Positions 47,032 to 58,631 of a DNA stretch of 64,000 bases are shown here, piece by piece. A program made the translations under genes and the position numbers. Source of the stretch: Leucoraja erinacea (lineage: Eukaryota); NCBI RefSeq assembly GCF_028641065.1, contig NC_073380.1, forward strand, positions 91,388,001 to 91,452,000, in the 5' to 3' direction. The notes under the pieces are model-generated. The model was not told the DNA's origin. It saw nothing but the letters and a program-made list of their open reading frames with translations, and did no database searches. Positions within the stretch are counted from its first letter, which is position 1. Each line of letters starts with the position of its first letter.

Positions 47032-48825
47032 TCTATCTGTATTATACTAAAACTCTCTTTGTGGCTGTGTGCGTGCGTGTGTGTGAGAATCTGGTTAGTT
47101 CTCCTTTCTTCCAACCTCTAGGCCACAGCCTTCCCATTTTCACACACTCCACTCACATTTTTCCCGTTGCATTCCCACCTTTATTTCCCAAGTTTTTTAA
47201 TTTAAAGTTTTAATAACAGCCTGAAACTACCAATTTCCTGACCGCGTGATGTCACAATGCACTCTCCAGCGCTCCAAAGGCACTTTCCAGATTTCCAAAA
47301 AACTCCTGGGGAGGGAGGAGCACTCCACCGCTCCAACGACAACTCGCAAAGCAGGACAGGACACGCCGGGAGAGAGGATGGCAGCGGCTGCCGGCAGCCG
47401 AGGCCCAATACCCAAGACCACGCCCGGTGGGGAGGGTGGTGTTGGAGTCAGCGCCGAGCCCGGGGCTTGGGATGGGACCGAGAGAGAAGACGCCGCTGGA
47501 ACCAAGGACGAGTCGACTTCCGGGGTCAGGACGAGCATGTAGATGAAGTCAGGGCCTGGACTGGTGTCCTGGCGGCGGCGAGCTGACGGCTGGAGTCTAC
47601 AGCCAGGGCTGGGTCGAGTACGAGAACCAGGCCGAGCTCCAGGTCCTGGAGCTGCTCTATGATCAGGGTAGGTCCTGGGACAGGGAAAGGGAGTGAGGGG
47701 AAGAAGATGAGGGATATGAGGAGGAGGGAGATGGAGTGGGGTGGTAGTGGGAGGAGATGGGGGGGCGGGGGGATTGTGGAGGAGGGAGATGGGGAGCAGT
47801 GGAGGAGGGAGATGCCCCCTCCCTATCTACTCCCTCCCTCTCTACCCCCTCCTCCTCCCCCTCTACCAACCCCTCACCCTCTCCCTCTCTACTCCCTCCC
47901 TCACCCTCTCCCTCTCTACCCCCCTTCCCTCTCTAGGACGAGGGAGTGCTGGGGATGAGGAGAAATGAGCCGTGTCTGCGCAGTTGAGGCCATGCATGAG
48001 TGATCAAATATTGCGTTGGGGGAACGGGTGAGTGGTGGAATCTGCACTTGGTCTAGTGTTANNNNNNNNNNNNNNNNNNNNNNNNNNNNNNNNNNNNNNN
48101 NNNNNNNNNNNNNNNNNNNNNNNNNNNNNNNNNNNNNNNNNNNNNNNNNNNNNNNNNNNNNNNNNNNNNNNNNNNNNNNNNNNNNNNNNNNNNNNNNNNN
48201 NNNNNNNNNNNNNNNNNNNNNNNNNNNNNNNNNNNNNNNNNNNNNNNNNNNNNNNNNNNNNNNNNNNNNNNNNNNNNNNNNNNNNNNNNNNNNNNNNNNN
48301 NNNNNNNNNNNNNNNNNNNNNNNNNNNNNNNNNNNNNNNNTCCTATTTCTTTCTCTGTCTCTACCACCTCCCTCTCTACCCCCCCCCCTCTCTCTCCCTC
48401 CCTCACCTTAACTATTCTCCCTCCCCCCATTCTACCCCCCTCCCCTCCTCCCCCCATTCTACCCCCTCCCTCTCCCTCTACCCCCTCCCTCTCTGTCCCT
48501 ATCCCTCTCTATCCCCCTCCCCATCACTCTACCCTCCCTCTCTACCTGCCCCTGCCCTTCCTCTCCATCCCCCCCCCCTCCCTCTTTACCCCCTCCCTGC
48601 CCCCTCCCTCGCTGCCCCCATCCCTCTCTGCCCCCCCTCCCTCTCTAGGGATTGAAGAGGGAGGGTGAATAGGAGAAGGAAGGAGTGCTGGGGGATGAGG
48701 AGAAATGAGCCGTGCCGGCGCAGTTGGGGGCTATATATGAGTGGTGAATATTGCGTTGGGGGAACGGGTGAGTGGTGGGATCTTGTGTTGGGGAAGTAGA
48801 CCCAATGGGTCTGCACTTGGTCTAG
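47032..48825 (+). mobile_element. Non-autonomous Helitron with two 3' ends, spanning an assembly gap
   Basis: 5' A|TCTATCTGTATTATACTAAAA; 3' hairpin gtagaccca-a-tgggtctgc (48796-48814) then CTAG|T (48822-48825). A second CTAG end without the hairpin lies at 48053-48056. Internal GA/CT-rich low-complexity blocks. Confidence 0.75.
48062..48340. other. Assembly gap (279 N)
   Basis: Run of n. Confidence 1.
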
Positions 48826-49424
48826 TGTAATCTAAAACTCAGCACCAGTCATTTGGCGCTGAGGCAAGGAGGAATTTCTTCACCTAGGGGGTTGTGAATC
48901 TCATCCCAAGCCACCGATGGAGATTGAGCCATTGAATATATTTAGAATTGAGAAAGGCACATTTTTAAAACTGTGAGAGAATAGTTACGGGTGACAGGCA
49001 AGATAAATGTGTGGCCATGGTCAGAAAGGCCATGGTCATATCAAATGGTCGAGCATGCTTGTTGGGCTGCAAGACCTGGTCTTACTAGTGCTTCTTGCCT
49101 TATAAATGGTCGCCTAGGTGATCTGCCTCTTCAGTGATTCATGCCTCACCTCCATCCAGAGGTTGGCCTAGTGAAACCTCAGGCTCTCTCAAGCTGCAAG
49201 GTAATCATTCGAGGTGCTTTGCATTCGCCCACCTACCTGTCTCATTGGCAATATGCAGTGCTTCCCACTTCCAAACCTAGGCATGTGCAATAGAAGCTTC
49301 ACTGCTTGAGCAACCAATATATTGAAAGGAGGCTTCACTCACTCACTAATTCATCTGCACAGGTTTGCTGCGGAGATTTACTTTACAGAACTACAGTCAC
49401 AAAACCCAACCGCATGTTCCTCTT

Positions 49425-49945
49425 GTAGGAACAAGGAACTGCAGATGCTGATTAATACAGAAAAGGACACAAAGTGTTGGAGTAACTCAGCAGGTCTTGC
49501 AGCATCTGTGGAGAACATGGATAGGGGAACATTTTGGGTTGAGACCCTTCCTCAGACTGATTGTGTGGGGGAGGGGGGAGAAGAATGCTGGTAAAGGGGA
49601 GAGGCAGGACAAAGCGTTTCAGGTAATAGATCAAAACAGGCGAGGGATATTTTTGACAGGTAGACGGTTGAAACAAAGGCCAGAGATAAGGAAGCAAGAT
49701 GTGAGACAAGGTTGAAGAATTGCCGATTGTAACCCAGAGGAGATGGTTGTGGGGCGGGGGGGAGCTGTGGGTGGAGGAGAGAAAAAGCTGGGCATCAATG
49801 TGGGGCACAGGGAAGGGAAGGGGATGTAAAGTGAGGGGGGAAAGGGGCGTTGAGGGGCTATGCGGGGGTTGTGAGCGGTTGGAGAATTCAATGTTCATAC
49901 CATTGGGTTGTAAGCTACCTAAGTGGAATGTGAGGTGCCGTTCAA
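49425..49945 (-). mobile_element. Penelope-like element 3' end (GIY-YIG ORF C-terminus plus 3' UTR/pLTR)
   Basis: LERHLTFHLGSLQPNGMNIEFSN is a PLE endonuclease C-terminal motif; pyrimidine-rich UTR; decayed core CTGAGGA-AGGGTCTCAACCC-AAAA-TGTT. Confidence 0.85.
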
Positions 49946-50765
49946 GAGTCAATTCAGTTTACATGTGAGGATATAAATGTTGCCTTAGAAATGCAAATCT
50001 TTATTTGAAAAAAAATATTTGTCACCTTTGTTAAGATCATACAAGAGAATTACATGTTGTTTGATTCTAATAATGTGGAGCATATTTGATAAATTAGATT
50101 GGAGCGGTTTCTGCTTGCAATGGCTATAAAGTAATAGAACACTGCATAGGAGAGACCATTCCATTCACGGCAGTCGAACCTATGCTAGCTTGGTTGTCAG
50201 TATATGGCCTTTTGCCATTTACCTGTGTAATAAAGGCAAAATTAGACTTTTCATTAATCATTTATGTTCGTTTTTGTTCTCCGAGGCATATTTGGATTTG
50301 TCCTTTCTAAAGTTCAATGCTTCATTGAATGAATTGTTGTGTCAGCGCGGCAAAATAAACCATGGCACCCAATTAAACTTTCAGATCAAACCAGAACATC
50401 CAGCACAGAGAAAAAAAAAGTTACAGCCAGTTTTATGTGTTGTTAGAACAAATTAAAGTTTGGTTACAATTTGGACTTCACAGGGCGTTCTGGAAATCTG
50501 ATAGCTTTTGTGTTTACTTAATGTTTCCTTATAGCTTAGACTCTGCAAGGTTTTCCAGTGCTTTACAGCACTATCTTAGAAATGTGTAATGCTGAGTGTG
50601 GGTTTCATTAAACAGAGATGAGGATATTTTATCATATGAAATTAATGACGTGCAAAATCCATTTGAAATATATGTGCTCACATGCAAGGCTACAATAGTT
50701 TGGCTTAAAGAACATTAACTTTAATTATCAAAACAAAATTGGGATAACAAAATAACTCAGACTTT

Positions 50766-52057
50766 CAAGTTCAAGTGAGTTTATTGTCATGTGTCCCTGT
50801 ATAGGTCAATGAAATTCTTGCTTTGCTTAAGCACACAGAAAATAGTAGGCATTTACTACAAAACAGATAAATGTGTCCATATACCATGATATCAATGTAT
50901 ACACACATGAATAAATAAACTGGTAAAGTGCAAATAACAGAAAGCGGTTATTAATAATCAGAGTTTTGTCCGAGCCAGGTTTAATAGCCTGATGGCTGTG
51001 GGGAAGTAGCTATTCCTGAACCTGGTTGTTGCAGTCTTCAGGCTCCTGTACCTTCTACCTGAAGGTAGCAGGGAGATGAGTGTGTGGCCAGGATGGTGTG
51101 GGTCTTTGATAATACTGCCAGCCTTTTTGAGGCAGCGACTGCGATAAATCCCCTCGATGGAAGGCAGGTCAGAGCTGATGATGGACTGGGCAGTGTTTAC
51201 TACTTTTTGTAGTCTTTTCCTCTCCTTGGCACTCAAATTGCCGAACCAAGCCACGATGCAACCGGTCAGTATGCTCTCGACTGTGCACCTGTAGAAGTTA
51301 GAGAGAGTCTTCCTTGACAAACCGACTCTCCGTAATCTTCTCAGGAAGTAGAGGCGCTGATGAGCTTTTTTGATAATTGCGTTAGTGTTCTCAGACCAGG
51401 AAAGATCTTCAGAGATGTGCACGCCCAGGAATTTGAAGCTCTTGACCCTTTCAACCATCGACCCGTTGATATAAACGGGACTGTGGGTCCCCATCCTACT
51501 CCTTCCAAAGTCCACAATCAGTTCCTTGGTTTTGCTGGTGTTGAGGGCCAAGTTATTGCGCTGGCACCATATGGACAGTTGCTCGATCTCTCTTCTGTAT
51601 TCTGACTCATCCCCATCAGTGATACGCCCCACAATAGTGGTGTCGTCAGCGAACTTGATGATGGAGTTCGCACTGTGGTTGGCTACGCAGTCATGGGTAT
51701 AGAGTGAGTACAGCAGGGGGCTGAGCACGCAGCCTTGAGGTGCTCCCGTGCTGATTGTTATCGAGGCTGACACATTTCCACCAATACGGACAGACTGTGG
51801 TCTGTGGATGAGGAAGTCGAGGATCCAGTTGCAGAGGGATGCGCAGAGACCCAGTTCTGCGAGTTTGGTAACCAGTTTGGAGGGGATGATTGTGTTGAAT
51901 GCCGAGCTGTAATCAATGAATAACAGCCTGACATATGAGTTTTTGTTGTCCAAGTGGTCCAGAGCGGAGTGGAGGGCCAGCGAGATCGCATCCACCGTTG
52001 ATCTGTTGTGGCGGTACGCAAACTGCAGTGGGTCCAGGTTTTTGTCGAGGTAGGGCT
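50766..52057 (-). mobile_element. Young Rex1/Babar LINE, 5'-truncated
   Basis: Open RT frame, (aacttg)n tail, possible TSD gacttt at 50760-50765 and 52058-52063. Confidence 0.93.
50958..51995 (-). CDS. Rex1/Babar reverse transcriptase (C-terminal part, uninterrupted)
   Basis: LDPLQFAYR in frame upstream; [53 protein letters not shown]. Confidence 0.93.
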   Translation of the reverse strand: MDAISLALHSALDHLDNKNSYVRLLFIDYSSAFNTIIPSKLVTKLAELGLCASLCNWILDFLIHRPQSVRIGGNVSASITISTGAPQGCVLSPLLYSLYTHDCVANHSANSIIKFADDTTIVGRITDGDESEYRREIEQLSIWCQRNNLALNTSKTKELIVDFGRSRMGTHSPVYINGSMVERVKSFKFLGVHISEDLSWSENTNAIIKKAHQRLYFLRRLRRVGLSRKTLSNFYRCTVESILTGCIVAWFGNLSAKERKRLQKVVNTAQSIISSDLPSIEGIYRSRCLKKAGSIIKDPHHPGHTLISLLPSGRRYRSLKTATTRFRNSYFPTAIRLLNLARTKL

Positions 52058-52177
52058 GACTTTGCCCTGTTTACTATCTGCTACAGTAGGTCATACGTCT
52101 TAAGCTGTAGCATAATACATATTAATCAATGCATTAAAAATATGACCCAGTGTTTCAGATTTAGTTATTACGATAGT

Positions 52178-52277
52178 GGACACAAAATGCTGGAGTAACC
52201 CAGCGGGTCAGGCAGCATCTCTGGAGAGAAGGAATGGGTGGCGTTTCGGGTTGAGACCCTTCTTCAGACTGAAGAAG
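52178..52277 (-). mobile_element. Penelope 3' fragment with the best-preserved hammerhead-like core
   Basis: Minus strand agtCTGAAGA-AGGGTCTCAACCC-GAAA-CGCC; perfect micro-inversion cttcttcag-a-ctgaagaag (52259-52277) at its 5' junction. Confidence 0.85.
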
Positions 52278-54663
52278 TAATTACAATAGTTTGGACAACA
52301 ATCTTGGACCTGCATTTATACTACTCGTTTCACTTACTGTGAAAACAATTTGCCTTTTTAATCATCATTGCCCTTCCTCAACTAAATGTTCCCCTATTAC
52401 CACTCTGGCCAGTCAAAGTGTAATGTGATACCTTCTTGAAGGCAGTGTGTTACTGCTTTCTGTTGCATTGCTACACAATACCACTATTCTTCCCATCTGC
52501 CAGTGACTTCTGTGTATTATTTTACTTTCAGTAACAGTGACTTGTGAATACAACAAGGTGCCTCTATAGCTTGCAGATTTCAAGGGGGAACCTATACGAA
52601 TCTGATCTCATCATTTGATATGACGTGTGCTGATTTAGCAGGGAAAATATCTCTCCTTGAAGGTGGATGGAATCAAATGGAAGGAAGTGCGCTGAAAAAA
52701 TGTTCAAAGCAAGATTGGAATTTAAAGTAAAAACAGTAAAATGCATATTTTCAAATGGATGCGTTTACTGTGATTTAGAAGCTATTAATGGCTGCACTTA
52801 CACCAAAGTAAATTAAGCTAAAAGTGATTCAAGTGGCTTGATACAATTTAGATAATTTGCTACATTATTTCTCTAGCTGCAGTGTTTTTCAACTTCTGGA
52901 ATATTAACATTTCTTGTCATTCTAACATTAAAACAGCTAATAAATTGCAGATGTTCATGTGGAAAATATCAGAGCACAGAGAGGCTTTCAAAATGCACTT
53001 TGATGCAAGGGAGATGCAAACTTTTGGTGACTTTAAAGTTGGTTTCTGTGTTCTTTTGTGCCCATACATCAAGTAATAGGAGCACTCTTAGTCTGTCCAG
53101 GTGGTAAAGGGCCTGGGAACAAACTGTTTCCAACTCCCACCTAAAAATGTTTGATAGAAAGACTCAATGTTAAATCAGGAACACATCTATTGAGGGGTTG
53201 ATTGTTGGAGGTAGAAACCTCAAATGCTAATTCGGAGTAGAGCATAGGCCACATTGTCACGTTTGTTCCTGAATGAACAGGCTGCTTTAACTATGAGAGC
53301 TATCCCAAGAGACGTAATGTGGAAGAATGAAGAAAAAAAGCAAAGTATTGTGTCAGAAACGGAAGAAAGATGTCCAACAATTAGTGCATTGCTTCATTCC
53401 ACTGAGTATGTTTAATAATGAATTTATAGTTACACAGTGCCGTTTAAAAATTGCCCCCATTTTAATTTTATAAAAGGCTGCAAACTGACATTCAAATTAA
53501 AGTTGCATTAGAGATGGAGTGGCTTTAAAGCACACAGCATTTATTTTAGGAAACAAAATGAAATGCATTAAAGCCAAACCATGGTCTTTTACTTTGCCAA
53601 GACCCCCTGGGGCTGATGGCATATCCTCTGCAAAAGCTGAATCTGATTCTACTTCTAATGCATGCAGGTTTCCTACAGTGCATTGCACAAAGAACAAACT
53701 ATAATTTTCCTGGACTTTTAAATGCTCTCTTCTGCTTGATTCAACATGAAGAGTATAAATTATGAAGTCAGATATTTTTGGCAATGGATTGCTTAAAATC
53801 ATTCACATTTTTAGTGTTAGTGGGATACTGATTGGGCAATTATTGCAAAAAACATTGCAATAATTCTGATAGCTACTTGTAAAACATTGCTCACCCTGTC
53901 TAGGGAGATTTGAATGGTGTATATTGTTATAGGATGTCGTATTTTTGGCAATGGTCTACTGCCAGCAGCCTCCTGAAATATGTTAGAAATTAAATACTTC
54001 TTGATTCATGATGAAAATTCTTATTTATTTCACTTCGATGTTCTTCACTATGTTGAGGCATGGTTTTGTTTGACGCATATGCCTTTGTTTATATATTTTT
54101 TTCCTTATGCCCAGAATAAGGTCACTTTCTTCAGTCAAACAAGTCATCTTCCTATTAAACTAATTTGCCTACATGCAAATTTTGTCACTTTTACCTCATT
54201 AACTATTTATCATGGAATAAAAAAATTTATATTCATGAAGGAGAAGCCAGCAGCTTGATGGAGCGGGAACTAATATTTTGCAACTGTAATGATTTTTGCA
54301 TCCTTAATTAGGTAGAATAAGGTTGATATGATTAGGTCAGGATGTAGTATTTTTCATTAAAAATACATTTCAGGCTCTGTATTCATAATATGTCCTTGCA
54401 ATTAAAATAATGGAGTAAATGTGATTCACACGATGCTCCTTGATTAATGCCAGGACTGTGTCATTTCATTGGCAGCCAGAGGTAGAGGCCCCAGTACAAT
54501 ACAGGTGAATGTTTTGTTTCAGGTAAAGAACACCAATCAATTCAAGTTCATAATGAACACATTAATTATTTACAAGCAGTCATGCAGAGGGATCTAATTA
54601 ATTGTCTCATGTCACCCTTGTGATTATTGTTCGGGCTTTACTGAGGAGAGGAGTGAGCTTGTT

Positions 54664-54743
54664 GGGGGGGGGGGGGGGGAGGAGGGGGGGGCGTGGGGGG
54701 GGGGGGGGGGGGGGGGGGGGGAGGAGAGGGGGGGGGGGGGAGG
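54664..54743. repeat. G-rich homopolymer tract (further G runs at 62940-62968 and about 63162-63191)
   Basis: Direct reading. Confidence 0.9.
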
Positions 54744-56301
54744 TGGTTGGATTGCAAATTTTCATAATGCTTGTGTAGATTTATAAACTGTTTAGTAGAC
54801 TTTGTGGACAGCGAGGGAAAGACTATCTGTAATTTGTGTCGTAATTTCTATGACGCTTTGCTGACATGTGTTAATAGTAGTTGATTGCCCTTAAGATGTT
54901 TTCACAACAGAAATCTGTAAGTGCCACATCAAAGTTTACTCAGCCAAGTAGTTTTTTCCTTGCATCCAGATAATCTGTGACCACGGGGAAACATTTGAAA
55001 CTTAAGGTGGATTGTGACATTTCTTTTGGACAAATTTATCATCATTTAGAGTGGACGCGGATTCCTAATGATGAGCCTGCTTCTTGCCATTTGTATGCAA
55101 GCATTCCTCGTCCATGACATGAAGCCGGTATTGTCTTCATATCTGTCTAATCCCACATAACCTGCCCCCCCCCCAGAAGACTCTTTACCTTGCACATTCT
55201 GTTTGTAAAGACTTTGGTGATCTGCAGTGGAGAAACAAACATAAGATAATTGAATCACTATGATTTTGCAGATGTTACACAAAACTGTCATTAAGGTGGC
55301 TACATCAGGTGTGTTAACGGTTTTAACAAGAAATATGCAATGAATGCCAAACTATTCTTCTATAAAATCTACTTATAGTTCAAACTGATGCAATGAAAGA
55401 TGCTGTTTGGAATTCATTTAAATGACTGACATAACACGGCGACAAGAGAACAAACCATATGACCAAGTAGCTTTTTTAAGAGACGGTTTTAACATTTTAT
55501 TGAACCCCAGCTTTAATTAAAAAATAATGATCCTGCAGATTTTGAGTACATTATTAGTATTTTTATATGTAGTTTTTCGGGTATTTTTTTGAAAATGCAA
55601 TTCATACAAAAGTAATGTTTACTTAGCTTTGCTCTGAATGAATTTCATTTTGAATTGTCAGTATCTCGTACGTGAGTGAATTTTCATTGTTTAGTAAACA
55701 AGGCAATATGGTAATAGAAGTACATGTCGAGAAATATAGCAGCATCAGCAATACATTCCACGGTGCCTTTAAAATTCATTACATTGACTTAAATGGAACA
55801 GAATTTTGAAGGCAGAATACTGTGTGGGGATGTTATTTTGTGATGCATTTAGCAGAAGCTATGCTAGGATGAATTTCTGAGTAGCCTTGCCTTGCTTACC
55901 CATGCAGTTGTTTCCCATTTTCTCTGTATTGCACGGGAAAGGAGAGCAAAGCAAATAGATTGAACTGCATTTGGCAAAAGTAGTTGCTATATTTTTCAGT
56001 GAAGACTGATCAAGATGAGACAATAGCTGATCAAATAGCCTGATAATGAGGGGTCAGACCATGTTCCAAAAATGTAACACAGCAAACTAAATTAAAAACA
56101 AAAAAAATTGTCCCTTTTTCCATTTCAAAATATTGCAGTGAAGCATGTTGTTAGGAATGGCTTTAAGTGTCCATCATAACACAGGTACTGGTCAACAAGC
56201 CTTTTGTTGCTGTTACTGGCTAGGTAGCCTCTTTAAGACAGATCTGCAACAAACAGTGACATTTAATCTTCGTCATAACCTTTGCTGGCTGGAGAATAAA
56301 T

Positions 56302-56648
56302 GTATGAATATTGATTTCTCTAACTTCAAGTAACCCCAGCATTCCCTCTCTCTCTATCCCTCCTCCACCCAAGTCGTACCAGCTTCTCGTTTTCACCCAA
56401 CAAACAGCTAACAATGGCCTGTTTCCTTCATCATCGTTACTTTTTTGCATACCTTTCGAATATTGATCTTTATCTCTCTACATCATCGTTTCTTGTTTCA
56501 CTTTTCCCTAGCTGGACTGAAGAGGGGTCTCGACCCGAAGCGTCACCCATTCCTTCTCTCTAGAGATGTTGCCTGTCCCGCTGAGTTACTCCAGCTTTTT
56601 GCGTCTATCGTCGGTTTAAACCAGCATTTGCAGTTGCTTCCTTCACAA
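56302..56648 (+). mobile_element. Penelope-like element 3' end
   Basis: MNIDFSNFK* ORF end at 56333, UTR, core CTGAAGA-GGGGTCTCGACCC-GAAG-CGTC (56517-56544), terminal ccagcatttgcagttgcttcc. Confidence 0.88.
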
Positions 56649-58247
56649 TAAATGTTGCATTTTGACTTGTTTCTAAATCTGATTGTATCTGTAAAACTCT
56701 TTTATTTTTTCATTGTGATTTTCCCTTTTACTGTTTTCGATTCAGTTCTGCAGCCCTATTACATGTTATAAAATGCTGTCCAAATGCTTTTATTCTTTCT
56801 GGCCACATTACCTACAGGGCTTGTGTAGAGAAATGATGCTTCCCTTTCCACATTCCTGAAACTTCGTTCTCGATCAACAGGCTTCAAGTGAATATTTATT
56901 TTTAGCAGAAAATAATGAACCATGAGAACCAGCAGCTGAACAGGCATCCAAATGTGTTGAATTGAAATATCCAATATTGGTGCCTAGTGATGCCTGTCTA
57001 AATATCTGCTGGTTACTTTGGAATGGCATTGTCATTCATATAAAATCAAAGCAGAGTCTCCTTAGTGTTGCCGCACGGTTTTCCTTTCAACATCCAAATG
57101 ATTAGGTATGTTTGACTGTGCTTTATTTTAAGAGCCCTCCAAAAAAATATTTTCCTTCCCAGGCATAGGCATGCAAGGCTACGTTTAATTTTAAACGAGG
57201 AGGGCAGCCACACTGGGAACATTTCTCAAACAAGGCAGGCATCCTAGCTATTTCCTGGTTGTGGACCGGTTTCAGTCTCTCGTACACTTAAGTCAAGCCA
57301 GAAGCTGGCAGGGGGAATAATGAGAGCCCCAATGTTGTTTCCAGTGCACCTGTTCTTATTTTCTCGCTGCAGACTACATTGGGACAGACTGACAGGGGTC
57401 AAAATCAGAGGATTAGTTGCAGAATTTAATGTGGGTGAAGCCTGCTGTCCATCCTGAAGGCCAGGCCACTCTGTTAGAATGACACATAAATAACCTATTA
57501 TGTCCCCACCCAAGGAAATTCAAATGCACCTGCCAAATTGATAAAGCACTTGCCCAGAGGGAAACATTGTTTACATTTTCACTCTAGTCTCCTGAAAAGT
57601 GAGATACTAATTATTTTCCTTTCCTCAGAAATTAATGCCGGGTGCAATTGAAGTGCAAAAAAAAAACTCACGAGTGTCGTCATAAATGGTGATAAATATA
57701 TTTTTTGTATGTTTTAATGAGACCTATGTTTACACTGCACCCTCATCACTTTCTTAATACGCAGCAGTTAGTTCATTGACTACAAAGGGAAAGGTTAAAG
57801 GAAAATGGCTGAATGCCATCGATGAATACAGAAAAAGCTTCTGCAAAGACGTATATGCAAATACATACACCAAGCTTATTTGCAATGCATCTCTACATAT
57901 GGTGGTATAATGCGTTCATATATGCGCAAGGTATACACTTAAAAACTATGGCAAGAATAATATGATAACTATGTTAATTTTATTTGTCCGTGTTTGCATC
58001 TTGAGTTTTATTCTCATTTTACAAATGGGGATCAACACACAACAACAAAAGCGGATTCCACTCCCAAAGTATCAGAGTATATTAATTTCTTCTGCCGGTG
58101 TCTTTCAGTCAAATTCAGCTGCCTTTTGTAACTTCCTGCCCTCATCCATCATTTTCTATACTGAGAGTTGCAGAGGGGAGGGGCAATGCCAGGGGAATTC
58201 ACACTCAACCTAGTTCCAGGACTGAGTGCTGCTCCTCAGCCCCATGG

Positions 58248-58631
58248 ACATAGAAACATAGAAAATAGGTGCAGGAGTAGGCCATTTGGCCCTTTGAGCC
58301 TGCACTGCCATTCAATATGATCATGGCTGATCATCCAACTCAGTATCCTGTACCTGCCTTCTCTCCATACCCCCTGATTCCTTTAGCCACAAGGGCCACA
58401 TCTAACTCCCTCTTAAATATAGCCAATGAACTGGCCTCAACTACCTTCTGTGGCAGAGAATTCCAGAGATTCACCACTCTCTGTGTGAAAAATGTTTTTC
58501 TCATCTCGGTCCTAAAAGATTTCCCCCTTATCCTTAAACTGTGACCCCCTGTTCTGGACTTCCCCAACATCGGGAACAATCTTCCTGCATCTAGCCTGTC
58601 CAACCCCTTAAGAATTTTGTAAGTTTCTATT
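58248..58631 (-). mobile_element. Young CR1 subfamily A 3' end
   Basis: [17 protein letters not shown]...GTGY*; catagaaa tail. Confidence 0.95.

Noticed and set aside
47659-48655. Pro/Leu/Ser-rich and X-containing ORFs
   Set aside because: Low-complexity CT/GA repeats and the N gap.
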